Of a stretch of 64,000 bases of DNA, positions 1 through 8,828 are shown one piece after another. Source of the DNA: an uncultured Chloroflexia bacterium. Its GTDB lineage: Bacteria; Chloroflexota; Anaerolineae; JAAYZQ01. Position numbers and translations under genes: made by a program. Position 1 is the stretch's first letter; every line of letters starts with the position of its first letter. Below the pieces are notes generated by a model. That model ran no database searches, was not told where the DNA came from, and worked only from the letters and a program-made list of their open reading frames with translations. Where the stretch lies: NCBI GenBank assembly GCA_963700285.1, contig CAVOXA010000010.1:1184001-1248000 (forward strand), read 5' to 3'.

Positions 1-797
1 TAGACGCCGCCGGTGGCCATGACCTTTAGGGCCAGGTTGCCCGCTTCTGAACCCAGGATAGAGACAAAGGTGTTGAGGGTGGCGATACTCAGATCGCACT
101 CACCATCCATCGCTTTCTGGACGATGACGGGTGTTGGATCTGCGGCCTTGCGCAGCGCCTTTTTCATCTCTGGCGATTCCTCGGCAAAGCGCTGCTTCTT
201 GAGAAAAGCATAGATATTGGGCAGACCCTTGCCTGAGCAGACCCGTTCATAACTTACGTGGCCGAACTTGCCCATCAGGTAGCGCAGCAACCGGATCTCC
301 AGCAGGTTGGTCGGGGCAAAGTCGGCGTGTCCTCCCTCTGAGGGGATTACGTAAAAGTTGCCGCCCCGATCACAAAGGACAGCCTCGCCCAACCCGGTTC
401 CGGGCGCAAGAACCACCTTCGTGCCGATTCCGGGAGACGCGTCGTTGAGGGGAAAAAGGTCTTCCTCCGGCAGATTCGGCACCCCATAGGCCGTTGCCTC
501 CAGGTCATTGAGCAGCTTGACAGAGCCAAGGCCAAGTGACTCCTGCAGGATTGGCTCGCTAATACTCCAGGGCAGGTTGGTAGCATCCGCCCTGCCCTGG
601 ACCACCGGCCCGGCCACACCAAACACGGCTTTGTCTATCGAGGCACCCGCGTCCGCCAGAAACTCGGCAACGACGGATCCCAGATCAGCATAGTCTGCAC
701 TCTTGAAGGTAGCCTGCGCCAGGGGGATGAGCCTATCCTCGGGCGAAAAGAGAGCCAGGTTGGTTTTGGTACCACCGATGTCGCCAGCAAGCAGCAT
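1..797 (-). CDS. glk: Glucokinase (3' end runs off the window)
   Basis: Manual translation from ATG at 797: MLLAGDIGGTKTNLA...GVAGPV...TNLPW...LLNDLEATAYG...APGTGLGEA...SEGGHADFAP...SYERVCSG, the E. coli-type Glk motifs. AAGGAG RBS upstream. Absent from the ORF track because it has no stop in the window. Confidence 0.92.
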   Translation of the reverse strand, partial: MLLAGDIGGTKTNLALFSPEDRLIPLAQATFKSADYADLGSVVAEFLADAGASIDKAVFGVAGPVVQGRADATNLPWSISEPILQESLGLGSVKLLNDLEATAYGVPNLPEEDLFPLNDASPGIGTKVVLAPGTGLGEAVLCDRGGNFYVIPSEGGHADFAPTNLLEIRLLRYLMGKFGHVSYERVCSGKGLPNIYAFLKKQRFAEESPEMKKALRKAADPTPVIVQKAMDGECDLSIATLNTFVSILGSEAGNLALKVMATGGV

Positions 798-857
798 CTC
801 TGCACACTCCTTACTACCTTGTGAGGTACAATCCCTTGAGGCCAGATTATTATGATT

Positions 858-886
858 AGGATAGCACAAAATCGGCTTTTTGTCAA
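858..886 (-). promoter_or_regulatory. Sigma70-type promoter for glk
   Basis: Minus strand TTGACA-17 nt-TATCCT with TG extension. Confidence 0.6.
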
Positions 887-909
887 TTTCTACCTTGGAC
901 CGGCAGGAG

Positions 910-1764
910 CTAGATAGAGCCAGCTCCCCACTCCTGGCTCAAGGTCGGCGCGCTGACCTCGAACACCCTTGCGGCGAAGGCCAGAAGGCGCGCCTCGGCG
1001 CCCCCGTCTCCCACCAATGCCTCGTAGGGCAAGATCGCGCCCTGCCAGCCCTCCGTGTGCCAGCTGGCCCCCTCGGGCAGCGCCTCGCCCAACAGGGCAG
1101 CCCCCTCAAAGGGCCAGGGATTGCTGTAGAAATAGGGAGCGACGTCAGGGCTGCCAGGATAGAAGCCCAGATTGAGCTGGGCAGGGATCTGTTGCACCTC
1201 GCCCTGCTCCTCGTGCTCCTGGACACGAGTTCCAAACCACTCGAAGGCCAGGTCAAAGCCATGGGGCCAGAGTTGGACCGGGCCGATCTCGCCGCTCAAT
1301 GTGGCCCGATGCGCCTTGAAAATCCGATCTGCGTTTACCAGGACCGTAAGGAATCTGCTCGCCTGGGCTGGATCGTATTCGCGCGGATCGTCATTTTCGA
1401 ACTTGGATCGATCAACCTCACCCCGCAGGCCCAGCCTGCCCACAGCACCCAGAACGTCATCGGCCAGCGCAGTCGACGGTCTGCCATCCAGCAGGCTGAA
1501 CGCATCTGCCTCCTGGCCATCGACCAGGAGGAGGATCTTGTGTTCCACCAGATCCATCTTTAGGCAGAGTTCACCACCATCTGGCAGTGTCACCTTGTCG
1601 GTGATCAGACCGTCCGGCAGTACCTTCAAGCTGATGTGCCACCACTTGGGATGGAACTCGCCATGAATTCGCGGCACAACCGAGATGACACGGCTATAGA
1701 GCTGCAGGGTCTCGCGCGTCGGTTCAAAACCCGCCAATGGCGGGAAATCGATTTCATCTAACAT
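910..1764 (-). CDS. DUF5996-like hypothetical protein
   Basis: Motifs TLQLYSRV, WWH, LWPHGFDLA and PYFYSNPWP resemble DUF5996. Start placed at ATG 1764 after GGAG. Confidence 0.65.
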   Translation of the reverse strand: MLDEIDFPPLAGFEPTRETLQLYSRVISVVPRIHGEFHPKWWHISLKVLPDGLITDKVTLPDGGELCLKMDLVEHKILLLVDGQEADAFSLLDGRPSTALADDVLGAVGRLGLRGEVDRSKFENDDPREYDPAQASRFLTVLVNADRIFKAHRATLSGEIGPVQLWPHGFDLAFEWFGTRVQEHEEQGEVQQIPAQLNLGFYPGSPDVAPYFYSNPWPFEGAALLGEALPEGASWHTEGWQGAILPYEALVGDGGAEARLLAFAARVFEVSAPTLSQEWGAGSI

Positions 1765-1890
1765 AACAGAGACTCCATGATGTTTGCGGCTGCCAAAAAA
1801 GTGTCCAGCCGGGAAGAACGGGCTCGGGGGCACAAAGAAGGCAGGAGGCTATAAGCCCGCTGCTTGTCACCTGCTGAGGAACAGATGAGA

Positions 1891-2193
1891 TTAACTGACA
1901 GCGCTCACCGCTGCCAAAAGAGCCTCAAACTCCTCACGGCATTCGCTGCAGCGGTTCAGGTGATCCTGCACCAAGGGCATTGCCTGGGCAGCATCTTTGC
2001 CGGCCAGCGACATATCCACAAACTGGTCCATCTGTTCAAAGCACTCGGCGCAGCCGATCTCATCCGGACGGGTCGTAGCAATTCCCCTGGCCATCTGCTT
2101 GAGCAGGTCCGGATCGAGCCCCGTAACTGAGGCAGCCGGCTCGGCGCCGAGGATCATATTTTTGAGCGACTGCCAGTTCAGCTTCATGCCCAT
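1891..2193 (-). CDS. Small zinc-finger (zf-HC2-like) anti-sigma factor
   Basis: CxEC...HLxxCxxCxEE motif, directly downstream of the ECF sigma gene. Confidence 0.7.
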   Translation of the reverse strand: MGMKLNWQSLKNMILGAEPAASVTGLDPDLLKQMARGIATTRPDEIGCAECFEQMDQFVDMSLAGKDAAQAMPLVQDHLNRCSECREEFEALLAAVSAVS

Positions 2194-2241
2194 TCCCTTC
2201 TCTGTATCTTCTGTATCTGGACGCAGGGGCCGCAGCAGGTC

Positions 2242-2865
2242 TTACCCCGATGTCCCAAAAGCGGACAATACCTCTTTCGGCGTCAAGCCCTCTGCTTCCA
2301 TCTTGCTCTTGAGCCTCTGGCGCGCATCGTGGAGCAGTTTGTAGAGTGCATTCCGGTTCATTCCCATCCGGCGAGCGACCTCCTCCAAGGGCATGCCCTG
2401 GACCCGCACCGCAACCAGGGCATGGCGCTGTTTGTCGGTTAGTTCGGTAGCAATGAATCGCTGCAGGGTCTCCAAAAAGATCCGCTGCGTGGCCTGCTGG
2501 TCCGGCCCGGCCGAGGGATCGATCATCATTTCGGGCACAAAGTCCAGGTCGTGGGCCTCGATGATACCATCCAGGGACACGTCCTGCCAGCGGCGCCGGC
2601 GCAATTCGGTAAAGGCCACGCGCACGACAATCTTTTGCGCCCAGGTGGTGAACTTGCTTTCGCCGCGAAAGGTATCCAGCGCATTCAGGATCTTGAGGAG
2701 GGCATCCTGCACAAAATCCTCGATGAGGCTATCGTCGACGTTTGAGGAGCTGGCCAGGGAATAACGCAATCCGCGCACCAGAAAAGCGCGGAGATCGGCA
2801 AGGGCCGCCGATTGCTCCGGCCCTTGCAGGTCGGCCAGCCATTCTTGATTGGAACGTTCCCGCAT
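2242..2865 (-). CDS. ECF-family RNA polymerase sigma factor
   Basis: Region 2 (EDFVQDALLKI...FRGESKFTTW) and region 4 (LTDKQR...GMPLEEVARRMG...KLLHDARQRL). ATG 2865 has a GGAG RBS. Confidence 0.9.
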   Translation of the reverse strand: MRERSNQEWLADLQGPEQSAALADLRAFLVRGLRYSLASSSNVDDSLIEDFVQDALLKILNALDTFRGESKFTTWAQKIVVRVAFTELRRRRWQDVSLDGIIEAHDLDFVPEMMIDPSAGPDQQATQRIFLETLQRFIATELTDKQRHALVAVRVQGMPLEEVARRMGMNRNALYKLLHDARQRLKSKMEAEGLTPKEVLSAFGTSG

Positions 2866-2895
2866 AGCGCAAGCTCCCTCCAAATAGCTCACCAC

Positions 2896-2924
2896 ATTAT
2901 AGCATCTACTTTGTCACCCGACAA
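2896..2924 (-). promoter_or_regulatory. Sigma70-type promoter for the ECF operon
   Basis: Minus strand TTGTCG-17 nt-TATAAT with TG extension. Confidence 0.5.
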
Positions 2925-3036
2925 TACGGGTGATCGCAGAATTCGGCATGGCACAAGGATGAAACTACAGCAGCCAGTGTTCGTATAGGGGCATGGTAGA
3001 AAAGAAGACTCAGAGAGCAAGAGAGGGGGTACAATT

Positions 3037-3582
3037 GTGGTAGATCGTATCGTTCGTGCCATTCGGCTGGATTGGACCGTATTTCGCGAGATCGCGCAAG
3101 ACCGGGAGGCGATGAAGCAGGCGGCCATCATCGTCGTTGTGGTCAGTTTTCTGGCAGCCCTGGGAGGCGCTGGAACCCAGCTCATAGCCCAAGTTGATGC
3201 AGGCGCCGCCTTCTTTGGCTTTTTCGTCGACTGGATGGTCAACGGCATCCTCATCGGCTGGATCGGCTGGTCGATCCTGACCTACCTGGTCGGGACACTC
3301 CTGTTCAAGGGCCAGTCCGACATTCAGGAGATGATGCGTGTTCTGGGCTTTGCCAGCGCCCCGAGGCTCTTGGGGCTCCTGGGCTTTTTGCCCTGCATTG
3401 GGTGGATCTTTCCTTTTGTAGGCATGATCCTGGCACTGATCGCCGGGGTCATTGCCATCCGCGAGGCCATGGATTTCGATACAGGGAAGGCCATCATCAC
3501 CGTCGTGATCAGTTGGGGGGTGTCCATCTTGACAGCCCTGCTCATCAGAGGCATATTCGACCTGGCATTTGGGCTGCTGTAG
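3037..3582 (+). CDS. YIP1-family membrane protein
   Basis: About five hydrophobic helices; RVLGFASAP and AIREAMDF segments typical of the Yip1 domain. Confidence 0.75.
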   Translation: MVDRIVRAIRLDWTVFREIAQDREAMKQAAIIVVVVSFLAALGGAGTQLIAQVDAGAAFFGFFVDWMVNGILIGWIGWSILTYLVGTLLFKGQSDIQEMMRVLGFASAPRLLGLLGFLPCIGWIFPFVGMILALIAGVIAIREAMDFDTGKAIITVVISWGVSILTALLIRGIFDLAFGLL

Positions 3583-3644
3583 GGCAGGGGGGGCTGGCCT
3601 GTCACCGAGCAATTGAAATCACCAAGAATCCTCACCATCAGGGA

Positions 3645-3864
3645 GTTAGAGATCGTCATAGCCCCGGTTCGCCGAGCAATCTCTATCGTGTCCCCCGCGT
3701 GGTCGCCATGGCCGTGCGAGACGAGGATATAGTCGGCCTCGACCTCATCGGCGCTGACATCCTCCAGAGCATTCCCATTGAGGAAAGGGTCGAGCAACAA
3801 CTCTGTCTCCCACAGAAACGCCAAAGCAGGCATGGCCGTGGTACGTAAGCTCTACAACAGACAT
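3645..3864 (-). pseudogene. Truncated metallo-beta-lactamase-fold hydrolase (UPF0173-like)
   Basis: MSVVELTYHGHACF in one frame continues, after a frameshift, as LLLDPFLNGN...ILVSHGHGDHAGD...AMTISN, then degenerates near the YIP1 3' end. Confidence 0.75.
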
Positions 3865-3923
3865 GGACTCACCTCCAGAGTAGAATTCGGCTGAGAGTGG
3901 ACTATACCATAGTCTAACTTTAC

Positions 3924-3952
3924 TTGACAAGGGGTTGCGTTTGGGATAGGAT
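3924..3952 (+). promoter_or_regulatory. Sigma70-type promoter for the sortase
   Basis: TTGACA-17 nt-TAGGAT. Confidence 0.55.
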
Positions 3953-4029
3953 TGCTCGACGTGCAAAAGATACCACCTGCCCTGTCACGGGGCATGTCTA
4001 TCGTCTTTGTTGGGATACGATTGCTTGAT

Positions 4030-4947
4030 ATGAAAAAGCTGCTTCCAGCCCTCTCGCGGGGCATGCTAGTCTTGGGGTTCGTACTCATCCTAGCTGGTTT
4101 GGGATGGGGCATCTGGACGCGCCTCAACGCACCGCCGCCGCCCGTCATCAGCGACCAGGGAGCCATCGTGCTGGCTATCACCGCGCCTATCCGACCCACG
4201 GATACCGGGCCTGAGCCTGAAGCAGCTCTGCCAACTGCGCCAGAGCCAACCAGGGCAGCCCCCACAAATACCCTGACACCATTTCCAACCCAAACACCGC
4301 CAGATAGTGGGGCGACACCAGCTCTGCTGCCCTCGTTCCCTGATGCCACAAGTACCGCAGATCCGGCGCCAACAGCGACACCGACGGCACAACCACCCGA
4401 GAACACACCCCGGCCTACGGCAACGCCTACGCCGACACCCACCCTGCCGCCCATGGCCGAGGAGCCGCCTTCACGTATCGTAGCGCCAACAATCAAAATG
4501 GATGCAAAAGTCGTGCCCATGGCGTGGGAGATGGTGGATCAGAACGGCACACTGGTGCCTGAATGGGTTGTGCCCAAGAACGCCGCCGGCTGGCACATAA
4601 ACTCGGCGCTGCCCGGACACCAGGAGAACGTGGTCGTCTCAGGACACCATAACATCGATGGCAAGGTTTTTCGCTACGTGGTGGATCTAAACATGGGCGA
4701 CGAGATCACGATATACGCTGGCGAAACCCCCTACACCTATACCGTCACCGAAAAGTATATCCTGAAAGAGGCGGGGATGCCCCTGAACGTGCGCAAGCAA
4801 AACGCCCAGTGGATCATGCCTGGCGGCGAGGAAAAGCTAACGCTGGTCACCTGCTGGCCCTATGAATATCCGGGCAATTCTCACCGCGTGATCGTCGTGG
4901 CCAGGCCAGAAGGCTATACGAACCCCGACGAGCCGACACGTCAATAG
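4030..4947 (+). CDS. Sortase with N-terminal membrane anchor and Pro/Thr linker
   Basis: Catalytic triad context SGHHN, LTLVTC, HRVIVVA. Alternative in-frame start at GTG 3961. Confidence 0.88.
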   Translation: MKKLLPALSRGMLVLGFVLILAGLGWGIWTRLNAPPPPVISDQGAIVLAITAPIRPTDTGPEPEAALPTAPEPTRAAPTNTLTPFPTQTPPDSGATPALLPSFPDATSTADPAPTATPTAQPPENTPRPTATPTPTPTLPPMAEEPPSRIVAPTIKMDAKVVPMAWEMVDQNGTLVPEWVVPKNAAGWHINSALPGHQENVVVSGHHNIDGKVFRYVVDLNMGDEITIYAGETPYTYTVTEKYILKEAGMPLNVRKQNAQWIMPGGEEKLTLVTCWPYEYPGNSHRVIVVARPEGYTNPDEPTRQ

Positions 4948-4992
4948 CGCCACCCTGCTCAAGAGCAGGTCAGGTATCGCCCCTTGTGAGAC

Positions 4993-5232
4993 TCAAAGCT
5001 CATCTTCCTTGACCCACAGTTCCAGGAGGGTCAGGATCAGCCACAGCAGGCCAAAGATGCCGGCACCCCCCAACAAACAGGCGACGGCCGTAACCGCCGC
5101 AGTGCCGCCATAGATCAACCATACCAGACCGCCGCCAATCCCCAGCATGACCAGCAAGCCGCCAATGACAAGCCTGGACTGTGTCTGCCGTCGATGTCGA
5201 TTGGTATTGAACGAACGAGACTGCTTCCTCAT
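4993..5232 (-). CDS. Small two-helix membrane protein
   Basis: Basic N-terminus, two hydrophobic segments and a purine-rich RBS-like region. Confidence 0.65.
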   Translation of the reverse strand: MRKQSRSFNTNRHRRQTQSRLVIGGLLVMLGIGGGLVWLIYGGTAAVTAVACLLGGAGIFGLLWLILTLLELWVKEDEL

Positions 5233-5339
5233 ATCTGAATCCTGCTTTCGCGCGCCCTCCTACCCCAGCTCCGCCCTTCCCTGTAGGATCCAGGACATTG
5301 CTTCCAGGGAGTCACACTCCACGGGGAAGGACTTTTCCA

Positions 5340-5650
5340 GCGCTGCCTGTGGATAACTTGGGAAAACCTGTGGAAAACCCAATGCGTTTGTGGACAATAC
5401 GGTCCGTTTTGAGTCTTTCCCCCTGGCTCTGCAACCAACTGTCCGTTTCCCGTACTTTCCCCAGATCTCATCCACACCCGATGGGGACAGACGGAACCCA
5501 GGGATAGTAGTTGGAAGAGCGGCACCCACAAGGGACAGCAAGCTGGCGCCCAGCACAGGGCATTATCCACATATAAACAAGGCCTACTAGTGCTACTATA
5601 TCTAGATATACTAAAGGGAAAGAATATATGATAGAGGAAAAACCCACAGT
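5340..5650. other. Candidate chromosomal replication origin (oriC)
   Basis: DnaA boxes TGTGGATAA 5348-5356, TGTGGAAAA 5369-5377, TGTGGACAA 5389-5397, TCATCCACA 5468-5476 and TTATCCACA 5563-5571. These are followed by GGCC (5581-5584), TAC-TAG-TGC-TAC-TAT trios and an AT-rich tract. Confidence 0.7.
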
Positions 5651-5702
5651 GCAAAACTATGACATTGAACATCACTGGACCCATGTATAGGCTTTGCCTT
5701 CT

Positions 5703-6743
5703 CTAGTTACCAATTCTGTTGTCCCAGACACGATCTTGATTGGCTTGCATCTTTTCCCGGTAGGCTTTGTCCAGATTAACTCCTGTATAGTTGGCCAACT
5801 TGAGCAGGTAGGCCATGCAATCTGCCAGTTCTGAGGCCAACGCTTTCTGCCTGTCACCAAGAGCGTGCTGGAGAGCTTGTGCTGCGGGCTGACCCGCTGC
5901 TACCCTTGCCTCCTGGGCCCTCCACAGTTTCGCCAGTTCACTGCCCAGTTCCCCCATTTCTTCGCCCAAGCATAGATAGTTAAAATACACGTTGGTGTTG
6001 AACCCTTTTGCCCTGTCCAGTTCGACGTGGAGTTCTTGGTATTCTCGCAATTGTCCTTCCTGGGGTTTCTGACTGGGGGCGGGAGCAGAGACCTCGAACT
6101 CTGGCAAGGAACGTTGAAAGGTCCCTTGCTGTAGCCCGCTGTTTATTCGTTCCAGGATCGATTGAAAATCGCTTGTCCGGGTAATGATGTTGAGCTGGTT
6201 GGTATCAATCGCCAGAACTTGCGAATCGGTGTATTCAAAAAAGAACTGTTCGTAAACCTGTCTCAGCTCGTTGATATAGGCTCGATCCATGTCTCGCTCG
6301 TAGGTCCGGTCACGCTGGGTGATCCTATCCATCAGGACATCGGTATCGGCCTGCAAATAGACGATCAGGTCTGCTGCCGGAATATGATCGGCCAGCGCTT
6401 TGTGAACTTGCTGATAGACCTCCCACTCGTCGCCCTTCAAGTTCAGGCGGGCAAACAACCTGTCCTTGTCAAACATATAGTCCATGACAAGCGCCCCTTG
6501 GTTCAGAAGAGGAGGCACCTGCTGCTGCTGACGGTATCGACTGAGCAGGAAAAACATCTGTGTTTGAAACGCATAGCGATCGCGATCTCGGTAGAAATCG
6601 GCAAGAAAAGGGTTCTCCTCAAAGACTTCCAGCAGGAGACCAGCGTGATAGTGATCTCTCAGCATCCGGGCAAGGGTCGTTTTGCCCACGCCGATGGCGC
6701 CCTCGATGATGATATGCCATGACCTGTTCGTGGTGGTTATCAA
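5703..6743 (-). CDS. Deoxynucleoside kinase fused to a MazG-like NTP pyrophosphohydrolase
   Basis: dNK motifs IIIEGAIGVGKTT, NPFLADFY, FQTQMFFLLSR and RDRTYE; MazG motifs LGEEMGEL and ELADC...LANYTGVNL. TTG 6743 follows GAGGAGG. Confidence 0.85.
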   Translation of the reverse strand: MITTTNRSWHIIIEGAIGVGKTTLARMLRDHYHAGLLLEVFEENPFLADFYRDRDRYAFQTQMFFLLSRYRQQQQVPPLLNQGALVMDYMFDKDRLFARLNLKGDEWEVYQQVHKALADHIPAADLIVYLQADTDVLMDRITQRDRTYERDMDRAYINELRQVYEQFFFEYTDSQVLAIDTNQLNIITRTSDFQSILERINSGLQQGTFQRSLPEFEVSAPAPSQKPQEGQLREYQELHVELDRAKGFNTNVYFNYLCLGEEMGELGSELAKLWRAQEARVAAGQPAAQALQHALGDRQKALASELADCMAYLLKLANYTGVNLDKAYREKMQANQDRVWDNRIGN

Positions 6744-6804
6744 GGGATTTTCCTCCTCGGGCACGTGCTTTCGGGCCCCATCAGCTAGATTGCATGTCTC
6801 TGCA

Positions 6805-8397
6805 TCAGTTCCCGCTTTCCCATCTGGTCTTGATCCGGACTCGATAAACAGAATCTTGCCCTTCCTGCGGAAAGTCAAACCACTCTTCCCATGGTGCGGC
6901 AGGATCTGTGGCATAGATCGGCCTGCGCATGAAATTGCTCGTGATCAGGTCGCGAACCAGGTCATTCGTTGTTACGTCCGCGCCATGCGGTTCGTTCAGT
7001 ACAAGGTCCGGGTATAAATGCCGTACCAGCTCGCGGTACCAGATATAGGCCAGGAGCGGCCCGCTGACCACGGCCACGTCGGGTCGCTGCTCTTCGGCAT
7101 AGACGGCATACCACAGGGCAAAAGTGGGGCCATCGCCCCGGACAACCACCAATCCCTCCGGGCCCACGCCCTCCAGTACCTGCTGGATGTAGGTATGGAC
7201 CGATAGATCGTCGCTCAGATCGGCCTCTTGCCAGTTCAGGGCAAGGGACAGAAAAGGCAGGGCAAGAATCACAATCAGCGCCAGGTTCTGCCATCCTGTT
7301 TGCAGGCGCCGGGTCAGGCTCAGCAGGTAGCGGGCTCCTTCACCCCACCAGAGAGCCAGCAGTAGGAAGGGCGGCAGCAGATAGACGTGGGAGTCCCCGG
7401 TATCATAGAAAAAGGCATAGATGCCAACGATCAGCATCCAGACCAGACAAAAGATGGCAAATCGCCTGTCTCGCTGCCACCAGCTCCATCCGCCAATGAG
7501 GGTGATGGCCAGGCCCCACCATCCGAACTGGCTGCCCAACAGCAGCGCCCAATTTCCGATCCTTCCGGGGATATCCCCAGGATCAAGGCCAAACGCGAAT
7601 ACCTGGTACTGTTCGGCTGTGACTACCCACTTGAATTGGTCCCAGGTCTGGGGATTGCCCCAGTTGACTGGGGGGTAGCTTCTTGCCGCCAATGGCAGAT
7701 AGGCATAGACCGCCAATCCCAAGAAAAAGAAGACAATGGCCGGGAGCAAGGTCCGCGGGCCAAGGATTCTCTTCCCCTCTGTACGAATTCTCCCCCAGAT
7801 CAGAAACAGAGCTGCCGGAAGGGCCAAGGCCAGGGTCAGGTGGTTGCCTAGCCCCAGTCCCACGACAAAGGCCGCCAGCCAGAAGGCCCGGTCGCCGCTG
7901 CCCTCCCGCCAGCGGACCAAAAGCCAGAGAAAAAGGGCCGCAAAGAACGCTAGCAGCGCATAGACCTCGGCGATCACGGCTTGTGACCAAAAAAGGAGGG
8001 AGAAGGCGTAAGTCAGCGCGGTGGCTGCCGATAGGGGCAAGGTGTAGCGGTCATCAGGGAGCAGGTGTTGCGTTGTACGACACAGGAACCCTACGGCGCC
8101 GGCAGCGAAAATCGCTGACAGGAGGTTTACTCGATAGGCGATGGTACCCACCGGCAGGTTGCTGAACAGCCAGGCCAGCAGCGTATAGGTCGGATAGCCG
8201 GTGGGATGTGGCACTCCCAGCGTCCGGGCCGCCGTGATCAGGTCTCCGCTGTCGGTACCGTGGTTCTCGAAAGTGAGCCCTGGGGCCAGGGTGGACAGAT
8301 AGACTGCCAAAGTTATTATCGCTACGCCTACGGCCAGCCACCGGCCCTGGCGGTCGCGGGGGTGAGAAAGCTGTATAGCATTAAGCCGAGTTGCTAT
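6805..8397 (-). CDS. DUF2723-domain membrane protein (TMEM260/GT-C-like putative protein O-glycosyltransferase)
   Basis: DSGDL...LGVPHPTGYPTY, WSQAVIAEVY, GLGNH and NWGNP motifs with many TM helices. The frame is open upstream of the track start (8310); the true start is uncertain (possible ATA at 8397). Confidence 0.8.
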   Translation of the reverse strand: MATRLNAIQLSHPRDRQGRWLAVGVAIITLAVYLSTLAPGLTFENHGTDSGDLITAARTLGVPHPTGYPTYTLLAWLFSNLPVGTIAYRVNLLSAIFAAGAVGFLCRTTQHLLPDDRYTLPLSAATALTYAFSLLFWSQAVIAEVYALLAFFAALFLWLLVRWREGSGDRAFWLAAFVVGLGLGNHLTLALALPAALFLIWGRIRTEGKRILGPRTLLPAIVFFFLGLAVYAYLPLAARSYPPVNWGNPQTWDQFKWVVTAEQYQVFAFGLDPGDIPGRIGNWALLLGSQFGWWGLAITLIGGWSWWQRDRRFAIFCLVWMLIVGIYAFFYDTGDSHVYLLPPFLLLALWWGEGARYLLSLTRRLQTGWQNLALIVILALPFLSLALNWQEADLSDDLSVHTYIQQVLEGVGPEGLVVVRGDGPTFALWYAVYAEEQRPDVAVVSGPLLAYIWYRELVRHLYPDLVLNEPHGADVTTNDLVRDLITSNFMRRPIYATDPAAPWEEWFDFPQEGQDSVYRVRIKTRWESGN

Positions 8398-8457
8398 GGA
8401 TCCCTCCTCATTGATCTGCTGCCGGCGGTCTGCATCCTTGCACTCCCTCCCTGTGAA

Positions 8458-8486
8458 ACTATAGCCGATCCGGGTAGGCTTGTCAA
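8458..8486 (-). promoter_or_regulatory. Sigma70-type promoter for the DUF2723-dNK operon
   Basis: Minus strand TTGACA-17 nt-TATAGT. Confidence 0.65.
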
Positions 8487-8535
8487 ATGCCGGTGGTCTG
8501 ACTCTTGGGGCTGGCTAAACGTGATCTCAATTGCG

Positions 8536-8564
8536 TTGACCGAATCCTACCTATATGGTATACT
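8536..8564 (+). promoter_or_regulatory. Divergent sigma70-type promoter upstream of the 1688-aa gene
   Basis: TTGACC-17 nt-TATACT with TG extension. Confidence 0.6.
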
Positions 8565-8828
8565 TGTAGGCACAGGGGGATGTCATGAACGCTTTCCACG
8601 CCCTCCGCAAGATGTGTTGTACCCCAGCCAGTATGGGACCAGTTCCTGTCGATCTGGTTTCACGGCGAAAGGCTCTTGTCCTTCTCTTTGGTTGTCACTA
8701 CCTCGTTCATGGTCGGAACCTGTTCCCAGCGGCTTTTCATACACGATGGGTTGAAAAGGAGCTGGTTGTGACTTCGGGCCGGTGAGTCCCGTCTTCGGCC
8801 TCTCATACATCTCAAAAGGTAGGTACTG

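Noticed and set aside
1862-1872. Shared GGTGACAA upstream of the ECF gene and DUF5996 as an ECF promoter
   Set aside because: No matching -10 element between the two sites; too short to support.
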